Below are positions 38,661-51,113 of a stretch of DNA of 64,000 nt, piece after piece. Each line of letters opens with the position of its first letter. Positions within the stretch are counted from its first letter, which is position 1. The DNA lies in assembly GCA_963693365.1 (NCBI GenBank), contig CAVNZM010000003.1, forward strand, positions 12,125,651-12,189,650, given 5' to 3'. Origin of the DNA: Amoebidium appalachense. Lineage: Eukaryota > Protista > Ichthyosporea. A program made the translations under genes and the position numbers. The notes under the pieces are model-generated. The model searched no databases, was not told the origin of the DNA, and was given only the letters and a program-made list of their open reading frames with translations.

Positions 38661-38978
38661 TTCAATGTGTGTCTTTATGTGAGTGTGTGGGTGTGTTTGT
38701 GGGTGTAGGCTACGTGTGTGTGTTTACGAGCATATGAGCGTATGAGCGTACAAGTGTTTGAGTGTGTGGAATGTTTGATCACGTGAGTCTTGGCAATGTG
38801 TGTGTGTGTGCGTGTGTATGTGTGTGTGTGTGTGTGTGATGGGTGGGTGTGTGTGTATGCGTGTGTGCATGCATGCATGTACGTGAGTGTGCCATGATAA
38901 AAAGGACCCACAGAACAGGGGGGGGGAAAGGGAGGGGGGGGGGGGGGGAGGGGGGGGGAGGTTGGGGGGAGACGCACA

Positions 38979-41900
38979 TGTAAACAACTGTACACATGAA
39001 CTGTACATGTTTACTAAAGAATGTGATCTACTAGCACACGATTCGTGCTTTGTCATGAATATCACATAAATATTATGTCCGCACCAATAGGACTCACTCT
39101 GACCTAAGAATTGAACCATATATGGTTCTTCAGCTGCATACCACATAAACGAAGTGAACCAATAAGAGGTTTGCATAAATAGGACAAAGGTCTGACTGGC
39201 TCGGACCGCACCAGAATCACGAATGGCATGTTGCCACCCGCGCTGGCCGCGGATGAACCAATCCTGGGCCTTGATCCGAAACCTGGGGGCTATATAAGAA
39301 AGCCGTCCCAGTACGGGGATCACATCAGTGAAGTCTGAGACAGACTGAGTCGGCCCATAGTAAAAGCAACCTGGCCGCGTGTGCCTTTCTACCCGTTCTC
39401 TGTCTTTATTTTGATTCAGTTGTACTCTGCCTTATCCTAACTAGTCCAACTGTTTACATTGGCGACCGCGGCAGGACACTGTTTTACATTGCCAACTGTT
39501 TACATTGGCGACCGCGCAGTTCAAGAATCTCGCATCCTTCGAATCTCACATCTTTCAATCAGTTCAAGAATCTCACATCTTTCAATCAGCTCAAGAATCT
39601 CCCATGGCCGATCACAATCCTTTTTACCCCGATGATAGGCACATCTTTCCTTGTCCGGCTTAGAATATATACACCGACAAGTTTGAAGTGGCCAGCCCAC
39701 CTACACGGAAAGAATTGAAAGCATGTAAAACGGCTTTTGCTACGACACAAAAAAAATGTGAAGAAAAACGAATACACAACGAAACAACGAATACACGAAC
39801 AAACGAATAAAGAATTGCTAACGAAGCAATGAACCAACGAAAAACGAACCATCACGAATACACAATGAAATAAAGAATTAACGACAAACGAATGCATAGA
39901 GGAAATACGAAATGAATGCAACACGAAAACAAAACGAAGTAACGAAGTTATCAAACGACAAAAAACGAAAAACGAAAGCAAAATGAATTGGAAATACGAA
40001 AATGAAAGAACGAATGCACAACACTGCTTGGGTTGCAATGCACACAGCCCCCTCTATGTTAGGAAGAAAATAAAACCGTTGCCCTTGCGTGCATTGCGCT
40101 ATTGCACACTGCCATCGTGTCCATGCCACCGCATGCACGTCCACACTCGCAAGCCAGATGCACGGCCACTTTCAGCACGAATGCATTTAAAGAAGAAGAT
40201 AGTCGCTGTTCCTATAGCATGTAGGACATAAGGTGCTGTGAAAGTAGTTTTGCATGCATGCTTCGAATTTCTTGCTGTTGTCGAATACAGCATGCCCCAT
40301 AGTTTAGCGCACAGGATGCACAACATGCGCATGAATGTATGCTGGCATGCCTAAACACATTACGAACATATGGCTCATGTATGGCCCTTCCTGGTGCCAT
40401 GCAACAACGAATTTGCACTCTTGGTGCACAGAAGGCATGTAATAAAGTCGATGCAGAACTTTTGTTCGTGCATGCGAAACAAACGAAGCTGTGGGGTACG
40501 AATTTACAGGTAACTGCCAGTGTGTGGCAATACTGTACAAATACTATAACATACGAACTATGCTGTAAAGCCTGGAATACCTGCATGCAAATTAAAATTG
40601 CTGCCGGCACACCCCCACCAGAATAAAGAAAACAAAAGAATGTGGTATGGGCACCGTTCCCTCACAACCCCAGCATACAGCGTCAGTATTTTGGCTGGAA
40701 GCCTTTCAGTTTCGAATTACGAATACCCTCCTTCACTACTGAAGAAAGTGACGTGGAAGACGAATACGAATACGAATGCAAGGTGTTGTTGACTAACACA
40801 TCGGACCATCATGTGTACCTAGGCCCTGGTACGGAGGTGACCATGTTATTCCCTTGCAATATGATGACACTGTAACAATTTAGCACGTGCATACCCCACC
40901 AATGGGCACATGCGGGAGACAACCCCACAAGCTGCCTTATTGGGCACCTCTGCTAAAACGAATATTCTTCTCACGAAGGAACAGAAGAATGCCACGAACA
41001 CGAACCACACACTCCCCAGGCAGCTACTTACGTCTGATGTATGAAAGTAGTAGGTGTGTGAATTGGGTAACTCCATGAACACCAACACGAAAGAAAGCAC
41101 AGCACAAAGCAGTTCCACGAACACGAATGGTTTTGGTTTTCCACACAACGAACAGAACCAACAGTAGGGCCACCTACAAATGAAGCAGAGGATGGGGCAC
41201 CATCCAGACCTGCACTGGAGGATATGAAAACACGAAGCGCGCTCACGAAGTTGCTTACAAAAGAAAGGGCGACTGTGACGACTTTTCTTTTTAGGCCAAG
41301 CCTCCAGAAGAATGTATTATGCCTGGAATCCCCCTGCTCAACGAAAATGGCTGGCAAATGGGATACGAAAACTGCTCACGAATGGAAGCATGTGTTTTCT
41401 GAAGAAGGCTTGCTTTGCCTACCCTCTTCTTATGAATTATGAACCGGGTTTTTACTGGTTCTGACGGGCTGATATATTTCTTTATGTCGCCCAACGAAGA
41501 ACATTTAGGGCATTCTTATTCATGCTATTCCCGGCTCCGATGATGCAGGGTTAAAGCTGAAAGGAAAGAAGTGCTCTTTGTTCATGAAAGAAGTGGCTTT
41601 TCCGGCCATGGTGACTCGCCTTACAGTCTTAAGGTAGAACCGGGATAAGGAGCAGTGGCTAAGCCTTGAAGCTATCCACCACTACCTGAGCTACGAAGTG
41701 ACCTAAGGCTTGAGTTATATTCATTATCGAATGTTTGGTATGATCATTCATCCACACAACCAAATTACTCGCAATTGAAAACGAATCTGCGGGAGTTTCC
41801 TAAAAAGGAAAAACACCTAAAAAAGGAAAATATTACTTCTACAGAAAAAGCCAAGCACAGAGACGAAGCGAACAATTCGCACGCACACTCTGCAACAATC

Positions 41901-42600
41901 TTCGCCACGAAAATGAAAACACAGAAGAATGCTGCATGAATTTGTGTTTTGGCAAATGAAGAAGTGCTCATAGACGTGCACAACTCTATTCCACCGTCCT
42001 TGCTCTGTTCTGTCCAGCAGCTCGGCACACACAAGAATTCTCGCTGAAGGTTGTTTATCGCCTCTCAGCCTGGTGGTTTGCTTGTCTAACGACACCACCA
42101 GGCTCCCGACAAGGGGGGAGTGTAAACAACTGTACACATGAACTGTACATGTTTACTAAAGAATGTGATCTACTAGCACACGATTCGTGCTTTGTCATGA
42201 ATATCACATAAATATTATGTCCGCACCAATAGGACTCACTCTGACCTAAGAATTGAACCATATATGGTTCTTCAGCTGCATACCACATAAACGAAGTGAA
42301 CCAATAAGAGGTTTGCATAAATAGGACAAAGGTCTGACTGGCTCGGACCGCACCAGAATCACGAATGGCATGTTGCCACCCGCGCTGGCCGCGGATGAAC
42401 CAATCCTGGGCCTTGATCCGAAACCTGGGGGCTATATAAGAAAGCCGTCCCAGTACGGGGATCACATCAGTGAAGTCTGAGACAGACTGAGTCGGCCCAT
42501 AGTAAAAGCAACCTGGCCGCGTGTGCCTTTCTACCCGTTCTCTGTCTTTATTTTGATTCAGTTGTACTCTGCCTTATCCTAACTAGTCCAACTGTTTACA
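38979..42600 (+). mobile_element. Non-autonomous Ty3/gypsy-like LTR retrotransposon (3.6 kb)
   Basis: 480-bp LTRs at 38979-39458 and 42121-42600 (TGTAAACA...TGTTTACA), apparently identical. 5-bp TSD GCACA. PBS TGGCGACCGCGGCAGGA at 39460 (Ser-type tRNA 3' end, inferred). [13 protein letters not shown] precedes the 3' LTR, and the LTR has a TATA box. The internal region has no long ORF but retains an RT remnant, GLKLKGKKCSLFMKEVAF (~41548-41605). Confidence 0.93.
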
Positions 42601-42736
42601 GCACACCCACACCGTGCACCGTTCGGCACGGACACACACACGAACACACCCACGCACACACACACCACACACACACACACAAAAACGAGGGTGACAAGCG
42701 AGCACAAAATACAAATGTACACACAGACATATGGTG

Positions 42737-42862
42737 ACACACGCAATGCTTGGTTCTCGCACAGATCCCCCATGCATGAGTACATTTGCAAACTCTCAAA
42801 AGCTTCTGAAAAACCTTCAAGCTGGAAAACAAATATGACCGACCTGCTGCCCGTCTTGAAAA
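42737..42862 (+). repeat. Interspersed repeat fragment homologous to 48340-48465 (putative SINE body)
   Basis: ACACGCAATGCTTGGTTCTCGCACA.ATCCCCCATGCATGAGTACA.TTGCAAACT... is shared. Confidence 0.75.
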
Positions 42863-42884
42863 TCTGCACACATTTTCGCACAGC

Positions 42885-42939
<55 letters not shown>

Positions 42940-42985
42940 CCCCGCCAGAGGACCCACAGGACAGGGGGGTGATTTCAAACGGGAA

Positions 42986-43020
<35 letters not shown>

Positions 43021-43297
43021 ACACACACAAACACACACACATGCATTATGATATACACGCGTGCACACACCAATGACAAACGAACACAAAATCCAAACTT
43101 TGATGTACACACAGACATATGCACACATATTCGCACAGCCCCTCCCCCCCCCCCCCCCCCCCCCAGCCCAAAAAAAGGGTCCACATGTACAGGCCAGGGG
43201 GGGGAAGGGGAGAGGGGGGGCCACACACACACACACACCGTGCACCGTGATCCGGCCGCAGAGACACACACACACACACACACACCCACACCCACAT

Positions 43298-43388
<91 letters not shown>

Positions 43389-43567
43389 ACACGCACACAC
43401 ACACACAATCACACACAGTGACGAACGAACACAAAAACCGAATCATTACGGTACACGCAGATATGCACACATTTTCACACAGAAAGGTGCATAGTGGGGC
43501 CGGGGAGTCCCCGTCGGGGCACCGTGGGCCCATTAATGTAAACCGTTACACTCCTTCTTAGCCGGTT

Positions 43568-43647
<80 letters not shown>

Positions 43648-43952
43648 GCACACACTTGAAGGCCAGGACACTCACCCTCCCCCCCCCCCCCCTCCCCCCC
43701 CCCCTCCCCCCGCCCTCCCCCCCCCACACACACGCACACACACACACACACACATGTACACACTGACTTTTTCGGTCTGTTGATTGGTAACGAAGCTAGT
43801 CAGAAAAGAAATATTATCTGCTGCACAGAAGGGCTGTTCTTGTGCACAGCCTCAGAATAACATTACTAAACCAGACTAATTATAAGCAGGGAAGCCACAG
43901 TCCCTTCTCCGAATCCCCCCGTCCCCCCCCCCCCCCCCTTCGACCCTCCCCG

Positions 43953-44065
43953 TTATCTTATTTTCCCCCCAGCCTCGATAGCCCCTAGAATCTTATTTTT
44001 TTTCAAAAAAACTAGTACTACTTATCTTATAGGTGAATTATCTTAATCCTGAATGACCCCTGTAT
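43953..44065 (+). repeat. Interspersed repeat; empty-site version of 48598-49032
   Basis: TATCTTA.TTTCCCCCCAGCCTCG.TAGCC...CTAGTACTA|.TTATCTTATAGGTGAATTAT.TTAATCCTGAATGACCCCTGTAT is contiguous here but interrupted by a LINE 3' end in the other copy. Confidence 0.75.
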
Positions 44066-44404
44066 GGCACGACGACGGCACTCAAAGTTTAACGAAAGCA
44101 TAATCTTGGCAAGTAGATTACAGTTGGTGTTGTCATTGAAATGATGCTGAACATGGATGCATAAAGTTTGACCATTCAGGGGCCCTCAAACAATATGAAA
44201 GCAAGGAATAAAGGGCCGTAGAGTAGTAACTGAGCAATTTCAGGTTCACAGATGCAACCACCAAACTACTAGTTGCTCTCTCGCCGCTCTGAACCGTGCA
44301 TCACATAGAAAAAAAAACATCCCGCCTCCGCCCTAGTGACGCTATCACCAATCCCTCCCCCACTTTTCTTCCCCCCCACCTGCCAGTGGCTCCTCCCCTC
44401 CCCC

Positions 44405-44436
<32 letters not shown>

Positions 44437-44791
44437 AAAAAAAAAAAAAACGCCTACACACAATCAGAGCCTCCCACGAACACACAAACATGCACGCTTT
44501 CAAACAACACACACGTTAAACGAGGGCGCGCACACACCATGGTTGATCGTCAGATGAGGGAGATTCCGGCAGCAGTAACCATTGGTTTTATCAAGAACAA
44601 CGAGCGAGCACGGAGATCGAGTGTGCTCTACATCTGAGATTCTGAGCTATATAAAGTTTTCCCGTGCTCAGTGCAAACATCATTAAGTATACAGAAAACA
44701 GCGACTCGTGGGATGACTCGTTGAATATGAATGATTTTGGCCCTTGTATCATATCGTATATACACATCTATGTAATCAGACCTAGATATGT

Positions 44792-44986
44792 GGGGTTTAC
44801 GCTGTTTACTCGAGGCAAAGAGAACCAGTCTCAGGTATGGGGGGGGGGGGTTTGCTCGGAATATCCCCTCAGCGGTATATCATGATCACGTACATAGATG
44901 TCGGGTGGTGACTATATATCAGGGTTTACTTTCTCTACGAGACACCATAAAGACTACAAGGAGAAATCAATTAGTTGGGGTTCCCC

Positions 44987-45025
<39 letters not shown>

Positions 45026-45058
45026 GGGCTCCCCCTCGGGACACTCGGTATCAGCTGG

Positions 45059-45111
<53 letters not shown>

Positions 45112-48100
45112 GTGTGTGTGTGTGCGCGTGCGCTATAATTTTGTAGTGATGTGTTTCTCAAGCCAATCAATACATCTAATAAACAGGTCGTAGTTACGCG
45201 TGTTTAGTATAAAATCAAGGATGTTGTAATTTACAGGTAGGCTATCTTTCTGGGTGTCTGTTGTGAATGTGACGTGTGTGTGTTGCGGTATTATGTGGTC
45301 TATCAAACTACATTTGGCGATACATGACCGGTTAAACTGGTGTGTGTGTGTGTTGTTTGGGCATGATGCAAATGATGCCACCTTATACTTATTAGATCTC
45401 CACTGTATAGCACGTGTACAGTAAAAGCGTGGTAATTGATCAATAATACCATCAGCTAGAGAAAGACCAGTTCTACAGGAAGGTAATATGTATTTAGGTG
45501 TTATACACTTGCGAGTGCCATATTTGGCAATATGGTTGAGGCGGTCAGTATATATAAAACGAGACATAAGGCTTAGTTTTTCAAGGTGTATGCTTTCATC
45601 GGGTCTAGTGTCGTGTGGTATCTTTTTCCATTTGTTATATTGCGTGATTATCTTGTGATTGTGTACATGTTTAATAAGTAAGTGGCAGTCCAAAGTCACA
45701 CACACACTATTGCGGGGTTTATTTGTATTTGTGCCCAGGGGAGAAGGGGAGAGAGAGGGGAGGAAAGAGGGGAGAGGTGAGGAGGGGACAGGTCGGATAG
45801 AGAAGAGAGGGTGGGAGGGCAAATACTTCTTTAAGCGGCTTATGTGCTTATTGAATTTCAGCGCGAGATAGGATACTCTAGCAGCTATTGGGACCAGACC
45901 ATATATCGAGAGCGTTACAGGCCCAGGTTTACAACAGTTGTTAGATAGAAAGGAGGCAACTTCTGCTTCAAGGAAATTTGCCAAGGGTTTAAGCGCTCTA
46001 GTTCTCTCTTTCTTGATCCAAGCGGCGATAAGGGGTAAACCATATTCACATGCCGGGAAGACAAAAGTGCGAATAAATGTAAGTCTAATAGAAGGATGGA
46101 GGGGTGTGTCTTTAAAAATATTAGCCGAGAAGAAAGCTAACCGCTTACGAGCCAACTCTACCCTCTTTTCGACCATATGGGGAAACATAACACCAACAGA
46201 ATCAACCGGAACACCAAGATATTTGTATTCTGGAACTATAGGTACAGGTTTAGATGATAATGTAAATGTGTGTAAATTGTTAGCTATATCAGGTACAAGA
46301 ACACCACATTTGTCTATGTTAAGGATCATAAGGTTTGCCTTGCACCACTCTGACACTACATCGAACAATCTTTGCAGGCGTCTAGGGGTACGGGCAAGGA
46401 GGGACAGATCATCAGCATAGAGAAGTGCAGGCGGAAAGTTATTAATAGGGTCATCGTTTTCGGCGTAAATCTTGACAGCCAAATCATCTATAAATAGGTT
46501 AAACAAAAAGGGGCTAAGCAATGAACCCTGCAAGAGACCTCTAGTACGAGCAAAACCATATGAAAGATGCCCATTAACCACAGCTCTACCATAGGTTTGA
46601 GACAAGAGTGCTTCTAACAGAACACCAATGCAGTGTGGTACACCCCGTGCAGCAAGCTTTTCCCATAGGAGACCAGGGGAGACAGAATCGTAAGCAGTTT
46701 TCCAATCAATAAAGCCAACATATTGTGCACCAACTTGCATAGAATCGTGCAGTGCCATTATTTGAACATAACATGAATTGTTTTTACGAAAAGCGGATTG
46801 GCATGGGTGTATGTGAAGAATAGATTGAAACCTAGGGTGATGTGCAAATAACCTAAGTAAGCAAGCTTCAAAGAATCTACGAACAACCTGGGTTAGTGTA
46901 ATGGGGCGAAAGGATGATATGGGGCCCTCAGAGTCCTTCTTAACTATGGGGATCACTAAGGTATCTAACCAAGATGACGGGACATGTCCACATTTAACAC
47001 ACCAAGAAAAGAGAGAGCTTAACATGATAGTAAGATCAGGTTTAATAGCACGATCACTTTCCTTTTGTGGGTAGGAGGGAACAAGGATTTTAAGAAACCC
47101 AGCAGGGAGTCCATCAGGTCCACAAGACTTACTAGAGCTATAACTAGATATCACAGACCATATGGCATCGGGACTGAAAAAGGGGAGGATCGATTCTATG
47201 GGGATAGATGGGTCTACAGGCCACACAATAGGTTTCTGAGCGGGGGTCCTATCTTTAAACAGTTCCGAGAAATACTTATCAGAGTCTATGAGGGGGTCTC
47301 CAGTGGTATCACCAATAATACGAGCAGGGGGGCCAAATCGATTCATACTAGCAAGCCGGCGCAAGCTTTCCTTTTGAGACAGGGGTTCACCTAGTCTAGC
47401 GGGAGTGGTGTTTGGTAACAAGAGAGCATCGGGATATTCCTTCCTACCACCGCCAGCATAATCACCGAGATCTATCAAATCATCAACAATAAAGTTAGTG
47501 CATGTATCTAGTACGAGATGTGAATCTGGCCTGGCTTGTGCAGATTCTAATAGGCGCATATATATAGGGTGTTTCGTAGCATAGCATACACATACATCAA
47601 CTCTACCCCACTGTGACTTAAGCTGGGATAGACGGAGGCGAAAGGTGGGAGGGGGAGGGGGGAGCAGATCAAGGGAGATCTTAGGTAGGAAAAGGATAGG
47701 AGAGTGGTCAGATGACCTAGAGAGGTTAGGAGGGAGAGAGAGTTTTGACATGGTTGATGGCCAAAAGGCCACTCCCCAGTCGGTGTTGTGGGCATGGGAT
47801 ATTTGAGGGAACCGCAAAGTGTGACTTTGGACATACCTTGCTAAAGGGATAGCACGCTCCGGGGGCTTAGATGGGTACCCGACACTCACTTGCAGTGTGT
47901 CTGTGTGGTGGAGTCGCGTGTTAAAATCACCTAAAATAACAGTGGACATTGGTAACTGTGACAACTCGTGAGTCAATTCGACAACCGACATAGATGGTGG
48001 GTAATATACAAAAGTAAAAACATTAGAAAGAAACTCTATAGAAACCGAGAATTCCGTTTTTGCTACCGGTTTGCACTTCACTCTCACGTGTGGTGCGGCA

Positions 48101-48202
48101 AGTACAATAATGCCTCGGTTTTTCGCGTAACCGGGGTGTGTGGATGTGTCGACCAATGTAGAGTTGAATTTGTGGTGGTTTTTAAACTGTGTTTCGCAAA
48201 TC
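44792..48202 (-). mobile_element. 5'-truncated non-LTR retrotransposon (APE endonuclease + RT)
   Basis: Long intact ORF plus a ~340-bp 3' UTR ending ...GTAAACAGCGTAAACCCC. The 3' end is defined by a second copy at 48669-48985. Confidence 0.9.
45133..48201 (-). CDS. LINE ORF2-like protein: APE endonuclease (N-terminally truncated) + RT + C-terminal Cys/His motif
   Basis: APE motifs ICET, VYYPP, ILGDFN and SDH. RT motifs KSCGPDG, FRPITL, QSAFR, FIDWKTAYDSV, GLLQGSLLSPFLF, YADD and YKYLG. C-terminal CPNNTHTHQFNRSCIAKC. The ORF-track extension to 48297 is antisense tRNA-like sequence with a TTG start. Confidence 0.93.
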   Translation of the reverse strand: MCETQFKNHHKFNSTLVDTSTHPGYAKNRGIIVLAAPHVRVKCKPVAKTEFSVSIEFLSNVFTFVYYPPSMSVVELTHELSQLPMSTVILGDFNTRLHHTDTLQVSVGYPSKPPERAIPLARYVQSHTLRFPQISHAHNTDWGVAFWPSTMSKLSLPPNLSRSSDHSPILFLPKISLDLLPPPPPTFRLRLSQLKSQWGRVDVCVCYATKHPIYMRLLESAQARPDSHLVLDTCTNFIVDDLIDLGDYAGGGRKEYPDALLLPNTTPARLGEPLSQKESLRRLASMNRFGPPARIIGDTTGDPLIDSDKYFSELFKDRTPAQKPIVWPVDPSIPIESILPFFSPDAIWSVISSYSSSKSCGPDGLPAGFLKILVPSYPQKESDRAIKPDLTIMLSSLFSWCVKCGHVPSSWLDTLVIPIVKKDSEGPISSFRPITLTQVVRRFFEACLLRLFAHHPRFQSILHIHPCQSAFRKNNSCYVQIMALHDSMQVGAQYVGFIDWKTAYDSVSPGLLWEKLAARGVPHCIGVLLEALLSQTYGRAVVNGHLSYGFARTRGLLQGSLLSPFLFNLFIDDLAVKIYAENDDPINNFPPALLYADDLSLLARTPRRLQRLFDVVSEWCKANLMILNIDKCGVLVPDIANNLHTFTLSSKPVPIVPEYKYLGVPVDSVGVMFPHMVEKRVELARKRLAFFSANIFKDTPLHPSIRLTFIRTFVFPACEYGLPLIAAWIKKERTRALKPLANFLEAEVASFLSNNCCKPGPVTLSIYGLVPIAARVSYLALKFNKHISRLKKYLPSHPLFSIRPVPSSPLPSFLPSLSPSPLGTNTNKPRNSVCVTLDCHLLIKHVHNHKIITQYNKWKKIPHDTRPDESIHLEKLSLMSRFIYTDRLNHIAKYGTRKCITPKYILPSCRTGLSLADGIIDQLPRFYCTRAIQWRSNKYKVASFASCPNNTHTHQFNRSCIAKCSLIDHIIPQHTHVTFTTDTQKDSLPVNYNILDFILNTRNYDLFIRCIDWLEKHITTKL

Positions 48203-48271
48203 CGATGGCTCAGATGGCAGAGCGTGTGCCTAGTAAGCAGATGGTCCCGAGTTCGATTCTCGGTCGAGCCT
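48199..48271 (+). tRNA. tRNA-Thr(AGT)-like sequence, probably a pseudogene or SINE head
   Basis: D-arm GCTC-AGATGGCA-GAGC; anticodon loop CTAGTAA (AGT at 48232-48234); perfect T-arm CCGAG-TTCGATT-CTCGG. The 3' acceptor TCGAGCC pairs only with CGA because the first 4 nt are replaced by LINE sequence. The anticodon stem has one G-G mismatch. Confidence 0.75.
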
Positions 48272-48513
48272 CGTTTTGCTTTTGTGAATATTGGCAATGC
48301 ATCGAAACAGTGAAATCATTCCAGTGCACTGATATGCCAACACACGCAATGCTTGGTTCTCGCACATATCCCCCATGCATGAGTACAATTGCAAACTTTC
48401 AAAAGCTTCCGGAAAACCTTCAAGCTGGAAAACAAAGATGACCGACCTACTGCCCGTCTCGGAAAAGTTTTTTAAATTTTGCACCGTGGCGAATCATCGG
48501 CGAAGTCACAGTC

Positions 48514-48555
<42 letters not shown>

Positions 48556-48668
48556 GCAACTGATCATGAGGCAAGAACCCCATCACGGCCGTCACATATA
48601 TCTTAATTTCCCCCCCAGCCTCGGTAGCCAACAAAACCCTTTTTCCCGCAAAAAAAAATCTAGTACTA

Positions 48669-48678
48669 CACACACACA

Positions 48679-48723
<45 letters not shown>

Positions 48724-48754
48724 CCAGCTGATACCGAGTGTCCCAGGGGAGCCC

Positions 48755-48790
<36 letters not shown>

Positions 48791-48985
48791 GGGGAACCCC
48801 AACTAATTGATTTCTCCTTGTAGTCTTTATGGTGGCTCGTAGAGAAAGTAAACCCTGATATATAGTCATCACCCGACATCTATGTACGTGATCATGATAT
48901 ACCGCTGAGGGGATATTCCGAGCAAACCCCCCCCCCCATACCTGAGACTGGTTTCTCTTTGCCTCGAGTAAACAGCGTAAACCCC
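48669..48985 (+). mobile_element. Solo 3'-UTR fragment of the same LINE family, opposite orientation
   Basis: Reverse complement of 44792-45110 with few differences. Inserted at CTAGTACTA|TTTATCTTATAGG (possible CTA duplication) relative to the empty site at 44012-44033. Confidence 0.85.
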
Positions 48986-49339
48986 TATTTATCTTATAGG
49001 TGAATTATATTAATCCTGAATGACCCCTGTATATTCCTGAGTGACCTTAAACTTCCGTGCAACCATAATATCGATGATTCATGATCACATGTCCACTAAC
49101 ACGGAGACTTTCAAGCCATCGTTTTCCGGGTAGACATGCATGGTCACAGGCATGTACTGACACAGCGTACGTGCATACACAAACACGCACACGCAATCAC
49201 GCTAGCGAATGCATAAACATTGCACACCAACACATCCACCGTCACAAACTGTGCGTGTGATGCCTGCAACGGAGGGGTATCTGGTTCGTCCTTTTCTTTT
49301 TCTTTCTTCTCTCTCTCTCTCTCTCTTTTTTTTTTTTTT

Positions 49340-49370
<31 letters not shown>

Positions 49371-49648
49371 GGGGGGAGCCTAGGAAGCAATGATATTTGA
49401 ACCACTGACGACATTGTTAATTAGTCCATGGCCAATCAAAATGAATCAGATTACACGTCACGAAGCTTCACAGCACTGACACGATTACGAGACAAGGGCA
49501 GCCAGTCTATTATTAGCTCAACCCCACTACAAATTGAAGCGCATGTGTGCCCGCACACATGGCCTGGAAGTTGCTCATGATGAACTATGAGTCCCATTCT
49601 TCTCACTTCTCATTTTCCCCTTCCAATTATTATTCCCACCGTTCATAG

Positions 49649-49679
<31 letters not shown>

Positions 49680-50254
49680 ACCACCCCGTCCGGGGCCTTT
49701 CCCTCTGCAGGGCCGGACTCAAACACCAGCAAAACACATGTATCTGCATATACATATCGAGGCACCATATAACCTTAGAAATGCCCAGCGGCAGGCCATC
49801 TATGGAATTGCTGCCTTATATAATCCTCTCCACTGTTCATCACATATCAAAGCACTAGCCGCAACTGTTAACACGCACACTATCTCAGCTACTCTCTTCA
49901 TGAACATCTTTCCCGTATCTGTTAAATCAAAAGACTGTGTACCAGCACAAAACCATTCGCCTCTTTTACCCCGTATCATCTCATACCATCACCACCCATC
50001 TCTTAATCAGCACACACCGTGTGTTTGCCAAGCCAGTACCCAACATTTGCTCATTCTGCAGCATCGTCTCCCTTTCCACCACAACGCTAACGGGAAAAAA
50101 AAAGCGCAGAGGCAGCGCGAGGGGCACTGGAGTATATACAACAATGGCCTAGGTCCCCGAGAATCCTTCCCCCCAAACATTCCGGTCCATATGGCCACGT
50201 GCACATCGAACATTCCAGAACACCTGCCATATACGGGCATGCACGACACGTGGC

Positions 50255-51065
50255 TCAGAAGAATGCCGACTTTGCCGACGCCATGGAGGAGGCAGACATC
50301 ACAGAGTCGTTCTCGTAGTCCTCCTGTGTGTGTGTGTGTGTGTGCGTGTGTGTGTGTGCGCGCGCGCCCGCAGATATTTGTAAAAGCGAGTGAATGAGTG
50401 TGGGAGCTGTACTAGAAGGGGGATGAATGTGCCAGGGAGAAGGTAAAGAGAATGCGCCTGCACGCGTTCACGTGTGTCGGGCATGTGCCGGTGGTTGGGG
50501 TGATCAGTGCTTGCACGAATGCTTCTTAGAAAGACGTGCAGGGCAAGACGCATTGGGGGGAAGGGGGAGGGAGGGAGGGGGGGGGTTTGAATGCGGAACA
50601 CAGTACGAAGTACGCATACACGATGAGAAGCATGGTGCAGGACACATGCAAAGGCAAACATTCAAGTATGCAGCATCAGCCATGCGCACAGTATGCGTCA
50701 TAAGCAGAAGGGAGGGGGGGGGGGGGGGATGTCATGTAGAACTAATATACTTGTTTACGAGATGTTTTCTCAGCAGAAAAAAGCGCAAAAAGTAGAACAG
50801 AAAGGACAACATAGGTTGGGTAGGCAGAGTGTTGGGAGTACTTCATGCATTGACTACACACGTCGTAAGCCCGATGACTTTGTGTGCAGGCTATAAACCA
50901 TCTATTCATCATGCACACTCAAAGCTGTGATACAACTAATGATCTGTGGGTTAAGATAGCCAACCCAACAACGTACAGTAACACAGAGCAAGCCACATAC
51001 AATCCCATCCCCCCCCCCCCCCCCCACCTCCACCCCTCTCCCGTACAACCCCCCCCCCCCCCCCC

Positions 51066-51113
<48 letters not shown>

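Noticed and set aside
38724-39323. Duplicated ORF MIPVLGRLSYIAPRF (also 42055-42465)
   Set aside because: It is the antisense reading of the two LTRs, not a gene.
48202-48297. N-terminal extension of the 1054-aa LINE ORF
   Set aside because: It starts at TTG and is the antisense of the tRNA-like sequence; APE homology begins at ICET.
44792-48985. Apparent ~320-bp terminal inverted repeats enclosing an RT gene (would suggest a novel TIR retroelement)
   Set aside because: The right arm is a separate LINE 3' fragment inserted into another repeat whose uninterrupted version is visible at 43953-44065, so the inversion is coincidental nesting.
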